Positions 57,578 to 62,086 of a stretch of 62,086 nt of DNA are shown here, piece by piece; positions within the stretch are counted from its first letter, which is position 1, and every line of letters begins with the position of its first letter. A program made the position numbers and the translations under genes. The stretch lies in the sequence record SRR31156797_9682; one strand, 5' to 3'. The notes beneath the pieces were generated by a model that was given only the letters and a program-made list of their open reading frames with translations, was not told the origin of the DNA and searched no databases.

Positions 57578-59356
57578 ATGCCGGGGGAATGGGCGGCGAT
57601 GACAGATCAAATACCTTACCAATATATCATTGTTTATTTTCTAGGCGGCCTTGCTCTATTTCTCTACGGCATGAAAACCATGAGCAACGGTATGAAAAAA
57701 ATTTCAGGTGAGCGTATTCGTTCCCTGATGTCACGCTTAACCGACAATCGATTGCTAGGGATGCTGACCGGTGCCTTTGCAACAACTATCCTTCAGAGTT
57801 CCAGCGCTATAGTAGTCATGTTGGTTGGACTGGTTCAATCCCAGCTCATGACTTACATACAGGCGATGGGGGTCATCCTCGGAGCTGAAATCGGCACCAC
57901 CGTCACTGCCCAGCTCATTGCTTTTAGACTGCATGACTACGCCCTTCTCATTTTTGCGATGGGATTCCTCCTTCACGTAACAGGTAAAAAACAGAGTTAT
58001 CAGAATGCTGGAGAGGCTTTGGCAGGGTTTGGCCTGTTGTTTTTTGGCATGCAGCTCATGTCGGAGGCAATGGAGCCTTTGCGCAGTTACGGACCTTTTC
58101 TTGACTTGCTTGATACATTTTCAGAACCACTCCTAAGTGTTTTGGTCGGTATGGGGTTCACAGCACTCATTCAAAGCAGCAGTGCCTTTATCGGAATCAT
58201 TATCGTACTTGCTCAACAGGGGGCACTCAGCCTGGAAGCAAGCATCCCCCTGATGCTCGGGGCAAATATCGGTACCTGTATCACTGCTGCTCTTGCCACC
58301 ATAGGTACTTACAGGGCTGCAAAGCGGGTTTCCCTGGCACAAATACTTTTTAATCTCAGCAGCGTTTTGTTTTTTCTTTGCTTTATTCCTGAAATGGCAG
58401 AAATTGTGCGTTCTTTTTCGCCTGGTGCTGTCAGCAGCGGAGTGGAGTCAGCCACGGCACACCTTCCTCGGCAAATTGCCAATGCGCATACCTTATATAA
58501 TGTACTTATGGCCTGTGCGTTTCTTCCTCTGACGCCCCTTTTTGCCCGACTGATTGAACATATCCTTCCAGATAAAGAAGAAGAAGTCAAACTGATTCCC
58601 ATGACCTGGCACCTGAAAAAATCGGCTATTAGTTCACCGCCACTTGCCTTGAGTTATACCTGGGCAGAAGTAAGCAGGATGAACAAGATCCTTAACCGGA
58701 TGTTAGGAGCTGCAATTCAACCTTTTTTCAGCAAAGATCCCGGAACTGATACCATTTTTCCACAGTTATCCCTTGTTGACGGGATTTTGATGCGGGAGCA
58801 GAAAATCGACTTTCTTGAATCAGCTGTCACTGATTATCTGTTCCAGATCATGAGGCAGGAACTCACCCCAAGTGAATCAGTGGAAGTTTTTGCACTGTTG
58901 AATATTGTGAAGGATCAGGAGGCATTAGGTGATGTTATCGAAGTCAGAATGCTTCAGCTCCTGCAGACAAAAGAGAACATGGGGATCGAGTTAAGCCCAG
59001 AAGGTGAAAAAGAAATACAGGCCCTGCATGCTCATGTTTGCACCTGCATGGGGCTGCTAACAGAAGCTATTGAATTCTCAGATACCATTAAGGCTTCCGC
59101 AATCATCGGACAAATAGAAGGTTTTGACCAACTTGAGACGCTTACAGAACACCATCACCTGAAACGAATCCAACAAATGGTAAGCATTTCGGAACTAAGC
59201 CATGACATGCACATGGAGTTAGTTGATGCGTTGAAACATATCCTGTTTTACTGTGAGGCGATCACTAAAAATCTACTGGCATGCTATACTGACGGTGTAC
59301 GATCTCATTCATACCAAATAGATCGAAAGTTAAGTGAAGCCAATAAAGGAGCCTAA
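57578..59356 (+). CDS. Na+/phosphate cotransporter (NptA/YjbB, SLC34-like) with C-terminal PhoU-like region
   Basis: GGLALFLYGM, two QSSS repeats, GAEIGTT and GANIGT, RQIANAHTLYN; helical C-terminal domain. Confidence 0.92.
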   Translation: MPGEWAAMTDQIPYQYIIVYFLGGLALFLYGMKTMSNGMKKISGERIRSLMSRLTDNRLLGMLTGAFATTILQSSSAIVVMLVGLVQSQLMTYIQAMGVILGAEIGTTVTAQLIAFRLHDYALLIFAMGFLLHVTGKKQSYQNAGEALAGFGLLFFGMQLMSEAMEPLRSYGPFLDLLDTFSEPLLSVLVGMGFTALIQSSSAFIGIIIVLAQQGALSLEASIPLMLGANIGTCITAALATIGTYRAAKRVSLAQILFNLSSVLFFLCFIPEMAEIVRSFSPGAVSSGVESATAHLPRQIANAHTLYNVLMACAFLPLTPLFARLIEHILPDKEEEVKLIPMTWHLKKSAISSPPLALSYTWAEVSRMNKILNRMLGAAIQPFFSKDPGTDTIFPQLSLVDGILMREQKIDFLESAVTDYLFQIMRQELTPSESVEVFALLNIVKDQEALGDVIEVRMLQLLQTKENMGIELSPEGEKEIQALHAHVCTCMGLLTEAIEFSDTIKASAIIGQIEGFDQLETLTEHHHLKRIQQMVSISELSHDMHMELVDALKHILFYCEAITKNLLACYTDGVRSHSYQIDRKLSEANKGA

Positions 59357-59680
59357 CAAACTTCCTCTATTTATGTGTATTAGGTTGCTGTGTGAAAATT
59401 TTTGCTGAAACAGCGTCTCAAAGAATACAACAATGGAAACAATCGCCCATCTGTAATAAATTCCCAGTAAATAATGTCACATAACACTGCTATGCTCCAT
59501 CATTTTTCCCTCGAAGCAAAAAAAATACTTCACATTATCACAACAGCTCCCCCATCACTGGACACTAAACATAACGTGACATTTCTTAACATTTAGAACT
59601 CAACCGTAATGTAACTCATTTTTAATATTCACTTAAAATTCTTCTGGTAATTAAAATATTTCCTCAACATCGCTTAAAAA

Positions 59681-59762
59681 AATGTGCAAGGCCAAATCTA
59701 TCGCAAGGTAGAGACGGAACACCACGGGTCCTGATTCAAAGGATAGCCGGGTTGCAAGCATA
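59681..59762 (+). ncRNA. c-di-GMP-I (GEMM-I) riboswitch
   Basis: GG-CC-AAA, P2 stem UCUAUC-GCAA-GGUAGA with a GNRA loop, GACGGAA junction, P3 CCACGGGUCCU...AGGAUAGCCGGGUUGC, all fitting the GEMM-I consensus; 84 nt upstream of a CDS. Confidence 0.85.
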
Positions 59763-59787
59763 CGCTGCAGCCCGGCTCTTTTTATTT
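59745..59787 (+). terminator. riboswitch expression-platform terminator
   Basis: agccgggttgca-(9 nt)-tgcagcccggct followed by ctttttattt; the 5' arm is the 3' strand of the aptamer. Confidence 0.8.
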
Positions 59788-59845
59788 CTGGGCTGCACAT
59801 AAGACAATGGTGAGGCTTACTGGAATAATAGAAGAGGAGATAACA

Positions 59846-62086
59846 ATGAGGTTTACATCAGGTAAGTTTATCGGATCCGCCGTTGTTGCCGCTGCGATGT
59901 TGTTTGGCGGAGCATCGCTGGTTCGGGCCGGTGAGTTTGATTTGCGCATTATCCACATGAATGATATCCACTCCCATCTGGCAACAGAATACCCCAATGT
60001 GACCCTGGGAGGTGAGCAGACATACGTGGAGATGGGCGGTATTCCAAGAGCTGCAACTATGATAAAAAAGCTGGCAGCAGGAGCTTCTAATCACCTGATT
60101 CTCAACGCAGGTGATACCTTTCAAGGGACACTTTATTATACCCTGTTTCAAGGCGATGCCACTGCCGCCATGCTCAATCATATTGACTGGGATGCCATTG
60201 CACTCGGTAACCACGAATTTGATGATGGCGACACCCATTTGGCAGAGTACCTAGGAAAGCTCGACGCTCCCATCATCTCAGCAAATGTCATCCCTGCGTC
60301 TGGCAACGTATTGGAAGGAATGTGGACACCGTATGTCATCAAAGAATTTAGCGGCCAGAAGGTTGGGATCATAGGACTCAACATTGCACAGAAAACCAAA
60401 GTATCATCCCGCCCAAGCGATGAGATTACTTTTTGGGATGAGGTTACAACAGCCCAGAAATATGTCGATGAATTGATCGCAGCGGGCATATCCAAAGTGA
60501 TTCTGCTTAGCCATTACGGGCTTGAAAATGATATAAAGCTGGCCGAACAGGTCAGCGGCATTGATGTTATCATTGATGGTGACTCCCATTCCCTGCTGGG
60601 TGATCTCTCTGAACTGGGAATAAGTTCTTCATATCCATATCCTGTTGAGGTCAAGGATCTGGGTGGAAAAAAAGTGTGTATTGCTCAAGCTTGGCAATAT
60701 GCCAAGATGGTGGGCTGCCTTGATGTAATCTTCAATGATGACGCAGAGTCCACAGTTGCAAGTTGCAGCGGCCAATCCACATTGCTTTTAGGTGATAGTT
60801 TTAAGCGTAAGGATGCTGACGGCAACAAGCTTGAAGTTACTGACACTTCGGCACTTAGCGCAATTCACGCCACCATTGATAATAATCCAAACGTTGAGGC
60901 TGTTGCTGAAGATGATGAGGCGCTGGTAACATTGGCAGGGTATCAGGCTCAGGTAGATCAGCTGCAACAACAGATGATTGGCCAGGCTGGTAAAACACTG
61001 AGTCATGTCCGTATCCCTACTCTTGATTATCTGGGTAACCTTGGCTCAGATTTCCCACTGGGAAGTGAAATAGCCCCTTTGGTTGCCAAGAGTTTTTATG
61101 ACTTAAGCCTTCGTGCTGACGCCTGTATCCAAAATGCAGGAGGTGTCCGAACCAATATAGATGAAGGTGATATCACAATTGGTACAGCTTATACCTTACT
61201 GCCCTTTGCCAACACCCTTTTTGAAATTGAAATGAAGGGGAATGAGATTAAGCAGGTATTGGAAGATGCTCTTTCCAACTATTATGACAACGGTGGTTCA
61301 AGTGGGTCTTTTCCGTATGCCTATGGCCTGAAATATGATGTCAATGTAAGTAAGCCAATGGGAATGCGTATCACAAACCTTGAAATTAAGGATCGTGAGA
61401 CAGGTGCCTGGTCCATTATAAATGCCGATACCATGTACGTTGTCGTAACCAACTCCTACACGGGGGCTGGAAAAGACGGTTATATTACCTTTCAAACTGT
61501 TCAGGAGGAGCGCGGCCCTGGTATTGACACCTACCTTGATTATGCAATGTCCTTTGTACAGTACGTTGAAAACCTGTATGAACAAGGAGAAGCTGTTGCC
61601 CCTTTGCCAGTTGAAGATCACTGCATAAAAAGTTTTATCGACAAGCCAGCGGTTGAGCTGAGTCTGCTTGGTAGCTACGCAACAGGGGACTTTGATAAAG
61701 GTGCAGCTGAGATCGTAGCCCATGATCCGGAAACCCAACTGCTGTTTGTGGTCAATGGAAATGATAATGCCATTGATATTCTGGATATCAACGATCCTGC
61801 CAATATAGTCAAATCCGGGGTCATTGATCTTTCAGCATACGGTGCAGCACCAAACAGTGTCGCTGTTAAAAATGGGCTGGTAGCTGTTGCTGTGGAAAGT
61901 GATCCCAAGCAGGATCCGGGTAAGGTCGTTTTTTTTTCGACCTATGGTACCTTTCTCAAGCAGCTAACCGTGGGCGCACTCCCGGATATGGTAACTTTTA
62001 CTCCTGATGGTCGTAAGGTCTTAGTTGCAAATGAAGGAGAACCAAATGACGATTATACGTATCCGCTTACTAAACCCCTGTTGGAG
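59846..62086 (+). CDS. secreted 5'-nucleotidase (NadN/UshA-type) fused to a choice-of-anchor-I / alkaline-phosphatase-type beta-propeller, 3'-truncated
   Basis: Not in the ORF track because there is no stop. Manual translation from ATG 59846 (RBS GAGGAG) gives a signal peptide, IIHMNDIHSH, NAGDTFQGT, ALGNHEFDDG, LSHYG, DGDSHSLLG, QNAGGVR and LPFANTL. From ~61650 it reads AAEIVAHDP...PNSVAVKNG...VGALPDMVTFTPDG..VLVANEGEPNDDY. Confidence 0.9.
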   Translation, partial: MRFTSGKFIGSAVVAAAMLFGGASLVRAGEFDLRIIHMNDIHSHLATEYPNVTLGGEQTYVEMGGIPRAATMIKKLAAGASNHLILNAGDTFQGTLYYTLFQGDATAAMLNHIDWDAIALGNHEFDDGDTHLAEYLGKLDAPIISANVIPASGNVLEGMWTPYVIKEFSGQKVGIIGLNIAQKTKVSSRPSDEITFWDEVTTAQKYVDELIAAGISKVILLSHYGLENDIKLAEQVSGIDVIIDGDSHSLLGDLSELGISSSYPYPVEVKDLGGKKVCIAQAWQYAKMVGCLDVIFNDDAESTVASCSGQSTLLLGDSFKRKDADGNKLEVTDTSALSAIHATIDNNPNVEAVAEDDEALVTLAGYQAQVDQLQQQMIGQAGKTLSHVRIPTLDYLGNLGSDFPLGSEIAPLVAKSFYDLSLRADACIQNAGGVRTNIDEGDITIGTAYTLLPFANTLFEIEMKGNEIKQVLEDALSNYYDNGGSSGSFPYAYGLKYDVNVSKPMGMRITNLEIKDRETGAWSIINADTMYVVVTNSYTGAGKDGYITFQTVQEERGPGIDTYLDYAMSFVQYVENLYEQGEAVAPLPVEDHCIKSFIDKPAVELSLLGSYATGDFDKGAAEIVAHDPETQLLFVVNGNDNAIDILDINDPANIVKSGVIDLSAYGAAPNSVAVKNGLVAVAVESDPKQDPGKVVFFSTYGTFLKQLTVGALPDMVTFTPDGRKVLVANEGEPNDDYTYPLTKPLLE

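Noticed and set aside
59450-59600. Possible Pho boxes upstream of the nucleotidase (also near 52768-52792)
   Set aside because: GTCAC/TAACA-like half sites occur, but the spacing does not consistently fit the 11-bp period; AT-rich chance matches are likely.
1-62086. CRISPR array, rRNA, tRNA, prophage, integrase or transposase, defence systems
   Set aside because: No regularly spaced repeats and no such gene motifs were seen on reading the window.

Overview
A 62 kb chromosomal segment, most likely from a sulfate-reducing Desulfobacterota (Desulfobulbales-like; inferred from gene content and protein style only, no search was run). Bases 1 to ~47,900 are mainly housekeeping: partial acs, a decayed ArsR-MMPL-DUF2892-trxB unit, mlaC, a TetR/MFP/RND efflux operon, a cNMP-domain-fused aspA with dcuA, gpmI, an SLC13 permease, a Nudix hydrolase, an S8 protease, mdh, a split long-form RluA, holA, clpS-clpA, a DUF3373 porin, pgeF, pcnB, a FabX-like flavoprotein, hisS-aspS, and gloB plus cobUSCT behind an atypical cobalamin-riboswitch-like leader. 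The last ~14 kb is a phosphorus-themed cluster and is the best candidate for an undescribed system. It holds arsC; a membrane sensor-GGDEF-EAL enzyme translationally coupled to an orphan PhnD-like binding protein; ppk1 bracketed by two related MITE-like repeats; a 53-aa protein that is 64% lysine; an XRE-like regulator; a Na/Pi cotransporter; and a c-di-GMP-I riboswitch, overlapped by a terminator, in front of a secreted 5'-nucleotidase/alkaline-phosphatase-type fusion. My hypothesis is a phosphate or phosphonate-sensing c-di-GMP circuit linked to P scavenging and polyphosphate storage. I saw no tRNA, rRNA, CRISPR array or intact transposase. All family calls are by motif recognition, without database confirmation.
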